The position numbers and the translations under genes are program-made. Shown in pieces: positions 1 through 9,699 of a DNA stretch of 64,000 nucleotides (within the stretch, counting starts at the first letter, position 1; every line of letters begins with the position of its first letter). The stretch spans positions 4,443 through 68,442 of the forward strand of contig CAVVHP010000022.1 in NCBI GenBank assembly GCA_963748105.1, read 5' to 3'. Below the pieces are notes generated by a model. The model ran no database searches. It was not told the DNA's origin and was given only the letters and a program-made list of their open reading frames with translations. The DNA is from an uncultured Bacteroidota bacterium. GTDB taxonomy: Bacteria > Bacteroidota > Ignavibacteria > Ignavibacteriales > Ignavibacteriaceae.

Positions 1-90
1 ATTTCCGGTCTGCTCTGTACCACCGCAGGAATAGAAAATTACAGAGATTAAAATAAGCAGGCTAATGAACAAATAATTTAATTTTTTCAT
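1..90 (-). CDS. Secreted/lipoprotein-like protein, N-terminal fragment only (gene runs off window start)
   Basis: Minus-strand ATG at 90-88 preceded by GGGGGAAA. It translates to MKKLNYLFISLLILISVIFYSCGGTEQTGN, a hydrophobic signal peptide with a possible lipobox Cys. The frame stays open to position 1. Confidence 0.5.
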   Translation of the reverse strand, partial: MKKLNYLFISLLILISVIFYSCGGTEQTGN

Positions 91-284
91 TTTCCCCCGG
101 ATTTTATTACAAAAAGAGCAATTTATTATTTCTATTTGATTAAAAATAAGCCTTTCTATCGCTGAATCAAAATCCAGTAATTTTAAGTATTTATTGCTAT
201 TTGGCAAAACGAAATATATTTTCCTATAGTAATAAATCCATGGTAGAAGTGTTTTAATTTTTAATTTATTTAAAAGGGAGAAGC

Positions 285-1073
285 ATGAAAATTAAAGTAT
301 TTAATTTTGCTGTTTTCTTATTATTGATTCTCTCCCCTATCATTCTTTCACAGACACAAAATGTTGAGGATTTGCTGAAACAGGGGGACGAATTAATTGA
401 TAAATTTAACGACAAAGGAGCATTGGAAAGCTTCCAAGAAGCTGAGAAACTTGCTCCGGATAACTGGGAGGTTAACTGGAGACTAAGCCGTGTGTATGTT
501 AATCTTGCCAATCAAATGCCGGCTAATACTGATGAACAGAAGGACGCACAGCTCGCCGTTTATCAAAAGGCATTTAATTATGCGGATAAATCGGTTAAAG
601 AAGCGCCCGATAAGTCAGTGACATATTTAAGACGCGCAATTGCCAGTGGTAAAATTGCGCTTTTCAAAGGAGTATTTTCAGTTGCAAAAGTTGTAAATGC
701 AGCGAAAGAAGACCTGGATAAAGCAATAAAGCTTGGCAACGGCGGAGATTTTATACAGGCACTTTGCCATTATGTACTTGGAAGAACCCACGCAAAGGTT
801 TCTGAAAAATGGAAACCTGCCCGCTCGATTCTGGGTCTTGGTTGGGGCGACATAGATGTTGCTATACAGGAATATAATTATGCAATAAAACTATATCCTG
901 ATTTCAGAATGTTTTATCTTGATCTGGGGAAAGCATACATAAGAGAGGATGAATATCAGAAAGCACGTGAAGTACTGAATAAAGTTGCTACCTGCACAAA
1001 ACGTGAATCAGATGATGACCAGAGAACAACTGAAGCAAAAAAGCTGCTTATTGAAATTAAAGATGAAGACTAA
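285..1073 (+). CDS. Secreted TPR-repeat protein
   Basis: 262-aa ORF with an AAGGGAGAAG SD before the ATG. It has an N-terminal signal peptide (MKIKVFNFAVFLLLILSPIILSQ) and TPR-like helical repeats (ALESFQEAEKLAPDNWEVNWRLSRVY; AIQEYNYAIKLYPDF; YQKAREVLNKV). Confidence 0.75.
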   Translation: MKIKVFNFAVFLLLILSPIILSQTQNVEDLLKQGDELIDKFNDKGALESFQEAEKLAPDNWEVNWRLSRVYVNLANQMPANTDEQKDAQLAVYQKAFNYADKSVKEAPDKSVTYLRRAIASGKIALFKGVFSVAKVVNAAKEDLDKAIKLGNGGDFIQALCHYVLGRTHAKVSEKWKPARSILGLGWGDIDVAIQEYNYAIKLYPDFRMFYLDLGKAYIREDEYQKAREVLNKVATCTKRESDDDQRTTEAKKLLIEIKDED

Positions 1074-1103
1074 ATCATAATTTTGAAATAGAGAAAAGAA
1101 AAA

Positions 1104-1128
1104 GGGATGGTAAAACCATCCCTTTTTT
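1104..1128. terminator. Bidirectional intrinsic terminator between convergent genes
   Basis: GGGATGG-taaaa-CCATCCC hairpin flanked by an A-run (5') and a T-run (3'). It sits between the TPR gene (+) and the SGNH hydrolase gene (-). Confidence 0.8.
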
Positions 1129-1133
1129 ATTGA

Positions 1134-2539
1134 TTAGAATAATACGTTTTTATATCCATCCGGATCGAGATAAGCACCTTTGCTAAACAGGTTAATTGAA
1201 CCTTTTTTAGCAAGTGTTAAACTTCCCAGAATAGTTGAAACATCAATTAATGGGTAGCTTGAGCCAAATTTATTATTAATTACTTTCAAAAATTCATTTG
1301 CGACTATAGCCTGCCCCTGTGCTGTCGGATGAACTCCGTCCAGGCTGAACAACCCGCCGGTTACAAACGTAGTTGAAAATTTAACTCCGTTGAAAGCTGT
1401 ACCTCCGGTAGCATCAGAAGCTCTGATGGCATTAAACATTGCGTTAATATCAACTAAAGCAAATTGTGATGGATACTTTTTGACAGCATCTGCAATTGCA
1501 TTATTAAAATCTGTTGTAGCCTGGTTGGCAGTTGCAATTTCACCTGCATCAAGTATCAAAGCATTAGGTATCGGATTTGTCTGTGAACCAAAGGCCGTTG
1601 TAGTATCAACACCAAACAAAGCAGGGTTAAGATTGTTATCCTTATAAAACTTGCCGGAGGGTTTACCAAAATAGGCAATGTAAGATTGTGATACTAAAGT
1701 TAATAAAAGTTGTCCACTTGTTAATTGTGCCGGTGCACCTGCTGTAGGAACAAAATTATGATCCTGATAATAAAATCCCGGGACCTGCATTGCAGTTAGC
1801 TGCTGACCAAAGCCCGGGCCAACTGTAGTGAAGAAAGGAATTGCAGTTACATTAGGAATGTTAGCCACAACTACCTTTGCACCGGTAGCTGCTAGGCTAT
1901 CGGCTAATTGATTATAAAGAAATCCGAAAGTAGCACTTGGAGTTGGAGAGCTTGGTTTTGCACCGCCGCTTGTTGCGAACCCGAGAACATCGTTATTACC
2001 TATCCATAATGTAATAAGTGATGGCTGCTGCACTTTGGTCTGTTGCCATTGTGTACCGAGTCCTCTTAAAATTATATCAATAAACGGGCTCTTTGAATAA
2101 GAAGTTGCTGTGCTCATTGAATTCATAACGTCACCCAGAACTACGCCCGGAATACCAAGGTTATTATAAGGAGCGCCATAAGTAAGCGCCAGCGGAGTTC
2201 CTGAGCTGGGATCGAAGCCGTTACAAAAGGATCGAGTGATACAATTTTAATTCTTCCGCCAATGCCCGGGTCCGAAATTAATGGCTGAGCAAACCCGCCG
2301 TAGCCTGCCTGTTTTGCAATAAGGTTCGGAAATGAATACTGCTGGGCACTTTGGTATAAAGCGCTAGATTGATAACCTGCCGTAAGGCTGTTTCCTATAG
2401 AAACATATTTAGAGAGATCAACGCTGCCACTAACCGGTACCTGTGGATTAACTCCCGCTAATTCAGTCCTGTCCTGGCAGCCAAAAAATACTGCCGCTGT
2501 TAGCAGTAATCCTAATATTATATTTAATTTCTTTTTCAT
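1134..2539 (-). pseudogene. SGNH/GDSL-family lipase/esterase lipoprotein, interrupted by a frameshift (2 ORFs in track)
   Basis: ORF 2141..2539 carries the signal peptide/lipobox (LLTAAVFFGC) and SGNH block I (SIGNSLTAGY). ORF 1134..2126 carries block III (WIGNNDVLG) and block V (DGVHPTAQG). The downstream frame is actually open back to about 2250 (..FCNGFDPSSGTPLALTYGAPYNNLGIPGVVLGDVMNSM..). The frames therefore overlap, and a 1-nt change near the T4 run (plus-strand AAAA 2225-2228) would fuse them. Confidence 0.75.
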
Positions 2540-2560
2540 TTTTATTATCCTTTGCTAAAA

Positions 2561-3808
2561 TTATAAACTATATGATATACTAAGTGATGCTAAGTGTGCA
2601 TAAGAATTATACGTTCCATTAAATGGTGAATTACCTGCTGTATAATGTTCCTGTGAGTTTGTAACAGTCAACTGACTGGCACGAATAAACAGGTAGGAAG
2701 CACTAACACCAAGATTTTCAGATAATTTATAATTTAGACCGGCACTGAAGCCAAGCCTGTTTGCATCGGGTAATGATGGATTTAGGTATTCCGGTTTAAC
2801 AGGATTTTTGTCAAAGTAAATACCAGCTCCAACTTTTAGCAGTTCGGTTACCTTGTATTCACCACCTAATCTTACGATAAAGGAATTATCATAAAGTCTG
2901 GGGCTTGCGATGTCGGTATATTTGGGATCAGAAAAATCAACACCGAGTGTATCGTAGCTGGACCAGCCGACATACTGGAAGTCAGCGCTTAATTTCAATT
3001 TTGAGCTCAGGTCATAAGCGATACCGAAAGCAAGGTTAATCGGAGTTTTTAATTTTGCAGTAACATCGCCCTGAGGCAGATTACCGGCAGCATTCAGTTG
3101 GGCTGCACCAACAGTTTTAGCGGTTCCCTTAAATTCATATTTGATATTACTGTGGAATGAAACACCGAGTGATAATTTATCTGTAGGTTTAACCATTAGA
3201 CCAAGGTTATATCCGTAAGCCGCGTTATCCTTACCATCAAGTGTGGTAGTTGCATCGCCGGGGAAAGGTGTTTGCGGAGTTTTCTGAACAATTGTAACAT
3301 TTGCAAAACTGTACACAAATCCGGCGCTTAGAGAAATCTGGTCGGTTATTTTTGCTGCAACAACAGGAGAGATTGTATATGTCTGCAGATCAGTTTTAAT
3401 CGCAAGGTATTTGCCTATCCAGTTTGCATCCCATTCAGTACCGAGGCCAAACGGAGTAGTAAAACCAATACCAACAGCAAATCTATCACTGATTCTGTGT
3501 GATGCCCAGAAATGAACTGGTGGAAAATATTGTCTCTTCATATTATACTCGGTTACATCAGGTGTAACACCCCTGAATGAAGTAACCGGCGCAATTAAAG
3601 TACTTCCGAAGAGAAAATGAGTACCTTCTATCTGGGTCAGACCTGCCGCGTTAAAATAAATTGCAGACGGATCGTCTGCCACTGCTGTAAATGCGCCACC
3701 CATAGCCATCGCTCTGGCTGAGTGTTCATTAATCTGAAAGCCACCTGCACATATCCGTGCAGTAAACATAGTTATAAAAACTATAAATGTAGCAAGTTTA
3801 AGTTTCAA
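2561..3808 (-). CDS. fadL: FadL/OMPP1/TodX-family outer-membrane long-chain fatty acid / hydrophobic compound channel
   Basis: 415 aa with a signal peptide. The N-terminal GGFQINEHSARAMAMGGAFTAVADDPSAIYFNAAGL hatch motif is typical of FadL. The protein is beta-strand-rich with an aromatic C-terminus (..SISYSL). Confidence 0.85.
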   Translation of the reverse strand: MKLKLATFIVFITMFTARICAGGFQINEHSARAMAMGGAFTAVADDPSAIYFNAAGLTQIEGTHFLFGSTLIAPVTSFRGVTPDVTEYNMKRQYFPPVHFWASHRISDRFAVGIGFTTPFGLGTEWDANWIGKYLAIKTDLQTYTISPVVAAKITDQISLSAGFVYSFANVTIVQKTPQTPFPGDATTTLDGKDNAAYGYNLGLMVKPTDKLSLGVSFHSNIKYEFKGTAKTVGAAQLNAAGNLPQGDVTAKLKTPINLAFGIAYDLSSKLKLSADFQYVGWSSYDTLGVDFSDPKYTDIASPRLYDNSFIVRLGGEYKVTELLKVGAGIYFDKNPVKPEYLNPSLPDANRLGFSAGLNYKLSENLGVSASYLFIRASQLTVTNSQEHYTAGNSPFNGTYNSYAHLASLSISYSL

Positions 3809-3862
3809 GATGCCTCCTATTTATTGAATAAAGGATATTAGGATATTATGTAATTAAGGATA

Positions 3863-4363
3863 TTATTCTATTGCGAAAAGTTTAGCTCCCTTTTCAACAG
3901 GGGTTCCTTCTTTAACAAAGATTTCTTTAATTATTCCTGTGGAAGGAGACTTAATATCGTTTTCCATTTTCATAGCTTCAAGTATGATAACAGAATCCCC
4001 ATTATTTATTTTATCGCCGGACTGATGTTTAATTTTAAGTATCATGCCCGGCATTGGTGCCTTAACATCTTTAGTGTGATGCGCTGAGCCAGTCTGTTCG
4101 ATTACTTTGTTTGCTTTTTCCTGCAGAGCAGTTCTTACCTGCGCTTCGTATGTATAGCCATCAATTGTAACAGCAATTTTCTCGCTGTCAATTTTTATAG
4201 TTGAAATATCGTAAAATTTTTTATCAATTCGTAATCTAAAAGTGGAATTATTTTGCTGGAACAATTCATAACGATGTTCCTTCCCATTAATGAGAATCTT
4301 TGAATTTTCAGAAATTACGATATTATTTCGCTTTTCTTTAAGTGTGACAACAAATTCATTCAT
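3863..4363 (-). CDS. Biotin carboxyl carrier-like protein (biotinyl/lipoyl attachment domain)
   Basis: 166 aa. The C-terminal biotinyl domain has the EAMKMEN biotinylation motif. The gene overlaps the accC stop by 8 nt. Confidence 0.85.
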   Translation of the reverse strand: MNEFVVTLKEKRNNIVISENSKILINGKEHRYELFQQNNSTFRLRIDKKFYDISTIKIDSEKIAVTIDGYTYEAQVRTALQEKANKVIEQTGSAHHTKDVKAPMPGMILKIKHQSGDKINNGDSVIILEAMKMENDIKSPSTGIIKEIFVKEGTPVEKGAKLFAIE

Positions 4364-5858
4364 ACTGCAAGCCAGCCCACTTATTTTGGTCTATGTTCTT
4401 GTTTTGGATGCCATTGTTATTAAAAGGATTCTCCTGCAATTTCATAAGTGCAGCAAATGCTGCCGCTACTTCATCCAGCCCTTTATCTCTTTGGGTCTGA
4501 TCCTTCTGGAATTTTTCAACGAGGTTTTCCTTTTCAATAAAATCGATGTCGAAATTTCCACTAATAAATTTTTTATTCGTATAAACTTCCAGTAGGAATG
4601 GAATATTGTTTATTACACCGGAAATTCTGAATTCATTAAGTGCTCTTATCATTCTTGATATTGCTTCCTGTCTGTCCTTTGACCAGCAAACAAGTTTTGC
4701 AATTAGCGGATCATAAAACATTGAAATTTCTGATCCACGTGTAAATCCAGCATCAACTCTAATACCCGGCCCTGAGGGGATCTCGAATTCATGCAAATGT
4801 CCGGTTGCAGGTAGAAAATTGTATTCAGAATCTTCTGCATAAATTCTGCTTTCAATTGCGTGTCCATGTATTTTTAAATCATCTTGTTTAAAAGATAATT
4901 TATTGCCTTCAGCAACAGAAAATTGCTCTTTAACAAGATCAATTCCTGTGATTAATTCTGTAACAGGATGTTCAACCTGCAGTCGCGTATTCATTTCAAG
5001 AAAATAAAAATCTTTATTTGAATCCATCAGAAATTCAATAGTACCGGCATTAAAATAATTACAGGCCTTAGCCGCATTAACACCTGCCTCTGTGATTTTA
5101 AGCCTCGTTTCCGGATCAACAAAAGATGAAGGTGCTTCTTCTATAATTTTCTGGTGTCTTCTTTGTATTGAACATTCTCTTTCAAAAAGATGAGCATAAT
5201 TACCGTGCTTGTCCCCGATAATTTGTACTTCAATATGTTTTGGATTTTCTATAAACTTCTCAATATATATATCATCATTTGCAAAGGATTTTAATGCTTC
5301 TCTTTTTGTAGCGTCATATGCATCCGCAAATTCTTTTTCTGATGATATTTTCCTCATACCTTTACCTCCGCCACCAGCAGAAGCTTTTAATAATATCGGG
5401 TAACCAATTTCTTTGGCTATTACTATACCATCTTTAACACTCGTCACTGGTTCCGTGGTTCCCGGTACGATAGGGACATTATTTTTCTTCATTAACTGGC
5501 GGGCTGCTGTTTTACTACCCATCATTTTTACAGATTTAGAAGATGGTCCAATAAAAGCAATCCCTGATTTTTCCACTTCTTCAATAAAATCTGCGTTTTC
5601 TGAAAAGTAACCGTAACCCGGATGGATCGCATCGGCCTTAATTTCCTTTGCGAGTGAGAGTATTTTGTCTTTGTTTAGATAAGATTCAGATGAAGGAGAG
5701 TTACCAATAAAATATGCTTCATCCGCTAGGCTGGTATGGAGAGAGGTTCTGTCAGCTTCAGAATAAACTGCTACTGAAATTATTCCAAGCTCCTTACAAG
5801 CCCGGATTATCCTAACAGTTATCTCCCCCCTGTTGGCAATTAAAATTTTCTTAAACAA
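4356..5858 (-). CDS. accC: Biotin carboxylase subunit of an acyl-CoA carboxylase (ATP-grasp)
   Basis: 500 aa. N-terminal MFKKILIANRGEITVRIIRACKELGI, an ATP-grasp glycine loop (KASAGGGGKGMR) and EMNTRLQVEHPVTE. A ~50-aa C-terminal extension goes beyond canonical AccC. Confidence 0.9.
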   Translation of the reverse strand: MFKKILIANRGEITVRIIRACKELGIISVAVYSEADRTSLHTSLADEAYFIGNSPSSESYLNKDKILSLAKEIKADAIHPGYGYFSENADFIEEVEKSGIAFIGPSSKSVKMMGSKTAARQLMKKNNVPIVPGTTEPVTSVKDGIVIAKEIGYPILLKASAGGGGKGMRKISSEKEFADAYDATKREALKSFANDDIYIEKFIENPKHIEVQIIGDKHGNYAHLFERECSIQRRHQKIIEEAPSSFVDPETRLKITEAGVNAAKACNYFNAGTIEFLMDSNKDFYFLEMNTRLQVEHPVTELITGIDLVKEQFSVAEGNKLSFKQDDLKIHGHAIESRIYAEDSEYNFLPATGHLHEFEIPSGPGIRVDAGFTRGSEISMFYDPLIAKLVCWSKDRQEAISRMIRALNEFRISGVINNIPFLLEVYTNKKFISGNFDIDFIEKENLVEKFQKDQTQRDKGLDEVAAAFAALMKLQENPFNNNGIQNKNIDQNKWAGLQYE

Positions 5859-5859
5859 T

Positions 5860-8217
5860 TTAGTCCCTACTTAATTCAGCAATAGTTATTCCTTCACCTC
5901 CAAGTTCAATTGGAGCAAAGAAATAATTTAATACTTTAGAATGATTTTTCAGTATTTCATGAACAAGTTTCCTTAGGGCCCCGGTTCCTTTTCCATGAAG
6001 AATTTCAATTCTTTCCAATCCGGATGAATAAGCATCATCTACAAATTTAATAATTTCATATTCAGCTTCAATAGCCCTCTGGCCACGTAAATCGAGTCTT
6101 ATATTAGCCTGAACACCGGAATATGAACCGGAATAATTTGATGACCCTGAATCTGAGGATTTTTTCCCCGCAACAAGTGAATCGAGTTTCACCTGCATTT
6201 TAATATTTCCGGCAAGCAATGTCGCTTTATTTTTTTCTTCATCAATTTCCAGTAATCTGCCGGTGGTCTGTGTATCCTTAATCGTTACGTAATCCCCAAC
6301 TACAAAATAGCTTTTTTCTTCTCTTAAATCCACAGTTTCAGATACCAGTTCCCTATTTTGTTCCATCAACTCACTGATAAGATTCTTGGCAGATTTTATT
6401 GAGGCTGAGTTTGCCTGTGTTTCTTTAAGTTCCTTGATAACTCTTTCAACTTTTTTATTTACCTCACCAAGATAATCAGATGCATCTGAACTTGCCTTTT
6501 TTAGTATCTCTTTTTTCTCATTATTCAATTTATCTAGATTTTGTTTATACAAATTCGAAAGCCCTGTTAATCTGGTATTTTCAATTTCCATTTTTTTCAG
6601 TTTGTCGCGCAACTCAAATGATTTGGCTTCAATTTCGGAAAGAAATGTTTCAATATTATGTTTGTCCGAATCAAGATATTTTTGGGCTGTATCCAGAAAT
6701 TGATCAGCAAAGCCTATTCTTTTAGCAATTTCAAAAGCATAGCTTGAACCTGGTATTCCTTGTTTAAAATAATAGGTAGGCTTCAAATTAGTATGATCAA
6801 ATTCCATTGCAGCATTTTCAAAACCGTCTTCTTCATTAGCAATAAGTTTAAGACTTCCGTGATGAGTTGTAGCAAGTACTTTTGTTCCCTTTTTCCCAAG
6901 TTCAATCAATACAGCAGAGGCAAGTGCCGCACCTTCTGCCGGATCAGTACCCGTACCAATTTCATCAACAAGAGCCAGGGTATCAGGAGTAGATACATTT
7001 AGTATTTCCCTTATATTCGCTAGATGTGAGCTGAAGGTTGAAAGATCATCGTCAATTGACTGCTCATCTCCAATATCCAGTAGAACGTTATCAAATATCC
7101 TAAAATTAGAATCAGGGCTGGCAGGAATCGGGATTCCACTTTGAACCATAACAACCAGAAGTCCTACAGTTTTTAATACTACAGTTTTACCACCCGCATT
7201 TGGACCTGTAATTATGATTATATTTTTGGTATCACTAATAGAGATGTTGAGAGGGATTGTATTTTCTTTTGCCAGCCTTTTCAATAACAATGGATGCCTC
7301 CCGTCTCTTATTTCAAAAGGTTTTTCATTATTAAAATCCGGAAAGCTTCCAATAACTTCTATAGAATAGCTGGCTCTTGCAAAAATTGAATCCAATGCAG
7401 CTATGTTTAACAAAGTCGACTTCAACTCACTTGCAACTGTTCCGATCTTCTTTGTTAATTCTTTTAAGAGTCTTTCTATTTCGCGCTTTTCAGCAAATGA
7501 AAGAGATAAGATATCATTATTAAGGTCCAGAGTTTCTTCTGGCTCAATGTAAACGGTCTGCCCAGTTGAAGATTCGGAATGAATAAATCCACGGATATGC
7601 CTTTTATGTTCTGATTTAACAGGAATGACTATCCTTCCGTCACGCATAGTTAAATATTCTTCTCTAACTATTTCTTTATCAGTTAGATTTTTAATTATGC
7701 TTCTAACTGATTTTTCTAGCTCATTTTTTTTCTGAATTATTTCTTTTCTAATATAACCTAAATTTTTGCTGGCACTATCTTTTACTTCTCCATGGTCATC
7801 AATAATACCTGATATGTGATGTTCTAATATTTTATTAACAAAAAATGAGTCAGACAGCTTTTCAAGATTGGGAGCATAATCACTATTAGTTTTGAGATAT
7901 TGAATTATCCTCCTCGAAACCGTAAGAAGTTTAAGAATATCAAGCATTTTTTTGCTGTCAATTACCTGTCCTTCTATCCTGCTAATAGCAAATATATCGT
8001 CCAGATCTGGCAGATATTCAATCGGTGGATGTTCACTCTCAATAAGAATACTCCTGGCTTCATCAACCAGAATAGCTTCTTTTTTAATATTTTCTGGTGA
8101 ATTTTGAGGAAAAATGCTTAGTATTAAAGCTTTTCCTTTTTCTGTAGATGTATATCTTGAGATTTGTAGCAGAATCTTTGAAAATTCAAGTTTTTCCAGT
8201 GCTGAAGATGAAATCAT
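5860..8217 (-). CDS. mutS2: Endonuclease MutS2 (MutS domain V ATPase + C-terminal Smr domain)
   Basis: 785 aa with Walker A (GPNAGGKTV), a coiled-coil region and a C-terminal Smr domain (LDLRGQRAIEA...ILHGKGTGALR). Confidence 0.9.
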   Translation of the reverse strand: MISSSALEKLEFSKILLQISRYTSTEKGKALILSIFPQNSPENIKKEAILVDEARSILIESEHPPIEYLPDLDDIFAISRIEGQVIDSKKMLDILKLLTVSRRIIQYLKTNSDYAPNLEKLSDSFFVNKILEHHISGIIDDHGEVKDSASKNLGYIRKEIIQKKNELEKSVRSIIKNLTDKEIVREEYLTMRDGRIVIPVKSEHKRHIRGFIHSESSTGQTVYIEPEETLDLNNDILSLSFAEKREIERLLKELTKKIGTVASELKSTLLNIAALDSIFARASYSIEVIGSFPDFNNEKPFEIRDGRHPLLLKRLAKENTIPLNISISDTKNIIIITGPNAGGKTVVLKTVGLLVVMVQSGIPIPASPDSNFRIFDNVLLDIGDEQSIDDDLSTFSSHLANIREILNVSTPDTLALVDEIGTGTDPAEGAALASAVLIELGKKGTKVLATTHHGSLKLIANEEDGFENAAMEFDHTNLKPTYYFKQGIPGSSYAFEIAKRIGFADQFLDTAQKYLDSDKHNIETFLSEIEAKSFELRDKLKKMEIENTRLTGLSNLYKQNLDKLNNEKKEILKKASSDASDYLGEVNKKVERVIKELKETQANSASIKSAKNLISELMEQNRELVSETVDLREEKSYFVVGDYVTIKDTQTTGRLLEIDEEKNKATLLAGNIKMQVKLDSLVAGKKSSDSGSSNYSGSYSGVQANIRLDLRGQRAIEAEYEIIKFVDDAYSSGLERIEILHGKGTGALRKLVHEILKNHSKVLNYFFAPIELGGEGITIAELSRD

Positions 8218-8735
8218 TTCAAAGTGTCTTTTTCATTAATATAATCTTGCAGTATTTCTTTAGTCTTTGGAGTGTAACTATCTAAATAATCAATAGTTAG
8301 GGGTAATATACTGTAAACTGCAGAATAAAATAGTGAACTTTCTGAATTTTTTTTGCTGGGTACATCAAATACATTAAGAAGGAAGAAAACTGCACTTAAA
8401 AAAAATAATATTTGAATTGCTCCTATTGCGCCACCCAATATCTGATTTATTAAATTATTTACTTTATCAAAAGGATGTACAACGCGTTTAAGTACTGCAA
8501 CAACAAACATCACTCCAATAAAAATAGATACACCAGCTATAATTTTTGCCAGATAAATTTCAATGCCAAATACAGACTCGATGAAAGTGCCAAATTTAAC
8601 ATATAATATTGCTGAAAGAAATATGGCCAGCACAAAACCTAAAAAGCCGATTATCTTTCTAATAAATCCGTCTTTATAACCAAGAATAAATCCAATCAGG
8701 AATATTCCAAGTATAATAAAATCCAGAATAGTCAA
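8214..8735 (-). CDS. cvpA: CvpA-family membrane protein
   Basis: 173 aa with 4 predicted TM helices and a CvpA-like N-terminus (ILDFIILGIFLIGFILGYKDGFIRK). It has 4-nt overlaps with both neighbours. Confidence 0.75.
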   Translation of the reverse strand: MTILDFIILGIFLIGFILGYKDGFIRKIIGFLGFVLAIFLSAILYVKFGTFIESVFGIEIYLAKIIAGVSIFIGVMFVVAVLKRVVHPFDKVNNLINQILGGAIGAIQILFFLSAVFFLLNVFDVPSKKNSESSLFYSAVYSILPLTIDYLDSYTPKTKEILQDYINEKDTLK

Positions 8736-9184
8736 TTGCTTTCCAGTAGTTTTTCAACAATAGCTCTCACAATTTTCCCATCAGCTTTACCTTTTAATGC
8801 TTTCATTGATTCCGGCATCAATTTAGCAAAATCCTCTTTGCTCTTTGCACCGATTCGCGCAGCAATAGATTTTACTTCTGTAATTATTTCATCTTCACTT
8901 AATTGTTTGGGTAAATATTCCTGTAAAATTGCAAGTTCAGCTTCTTCCTTTTCCGCAAGATCATATCTTTTAGCTTTTCTAAATTGATCTATTGAATCCT
9001 TTCTTTTCTTTGCTGCAGATGTCAATAATTTTATTTGTTCTTCATCGTTCAGTTCCTTACCATTTCCACTTTTTTCAAATTCTAATATCAGGGCTCTAAT
9101 TGACCTTATTGTACTCAATCTTATTTTATCGCCCGATTTCATAGCATTTTTCAGATCTTCATTTATCCTGTTTATTAGATCCAT
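8732..9184 (-). CDS. yqeY: GatB/YqeY domain protein
   Basis: 150 aa. MDLINRINEDLKNAMKSGDKIRLSTIRSIRA... and ...AELAILQEYLP are characteristic of the YqeY family. Confidence 0.85.
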   Translation of the reverse strand: MDLINRINEDLKNAMKSGDKIRLSTIRSIRALILEFEKSGNGKELNDEEQIKLLTSAAKKRKDSIDQFRKAKRYDLAEKEEAELAILQEYLPKQLSEDEIITEVKSIAARIGAKSKEDFAKLMPESMKALKGKADGKIVRAIVEKLLESN

Positions 9185-9200
9185 TTTATTCCTCTTAACT

Positions 9201-9241
9201 AAAACTAAAAAGGCAGGAAAGTAAAACTACCAACCTGCCTT
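9201..9241 (-). terminator. Intrinsic terminator after exbD2
   Basis: On the minus strand: AAGGCAGG-16 nt loop-CCTGCCTT followed by TTTTAGTTTT. Stems are at 9210-9217 and 9234-9241. Confidence 0.6.
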
Positions 9242-9266
9242 AAAAATAAATAAACTACTAACTAAA

Positions 9267-9680
9267 TTATATTTTTATTGTTGCCGAATAATTTATTCTT
9301 AAACAATAAGCTTTACGCAATTCCTGCTGAATGTCTGTAACCAAGCCCATATCAGTACCTTTATCTACTCTTAAAGATACGATAACATTTGGCAAAGCCT
9401 GTCTTTGAGCATACATAATCTTTTGAATATCATCCAGCTTAACTATACTATCGTTTATCTGGATACGTTTGCTCTGACCGACCCAGATATAAGAAATTAA
9501 TCTCTTATTTTCAATTTTCTCTATTGCCTTTGCTTCCGGTAGTTTATAATTCACCAGAACATCCACTTTCCTTAAAGTTGTTGTAACCATAAAGAAAAGA
9601 AGAAGCATAAAGACAATATCAGGCATAGACGCTGTAGGAATTTCCTGTTTAGTATTGGCTCTTCTCTTATTAAATTTCAT
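9267..9680 (-). CDS. exbD: ExbD/TolR-family biopolymer transport protein
   Basis: 137 aa. The N-terminal TM is preceded by IPTASMPDIVFMLLLFFMV, the ExbD/TolR signature. Confidence 0.85.
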   Translation of the reverse strand: MKFNKRRANTKQEIPTASMPDIVFMLLLFFMVTTTLRKVDVLVNYKLPEAKAIEKIENKRLISYIWVGQSKRIQINDSIVKLDDIQKIMYAQRQALPNVIVSLRVDKGTDMGLVTDIQQELRKAYCLRINYSATIKI

Positions 9681-9699
9681 CCTGATTATACCTCAAGTC

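Noticed and set aside
2215-2260. Possibility that the SGNH lipase frameshift is a programmed -1 event.
   Set aside because: There is no X-XXY-YYZ slippery heptamer in the zero frame near the frame overlap. There is no obvious downstream stimulatory structure. A T4 homopolymer indel is the simpler explanation.
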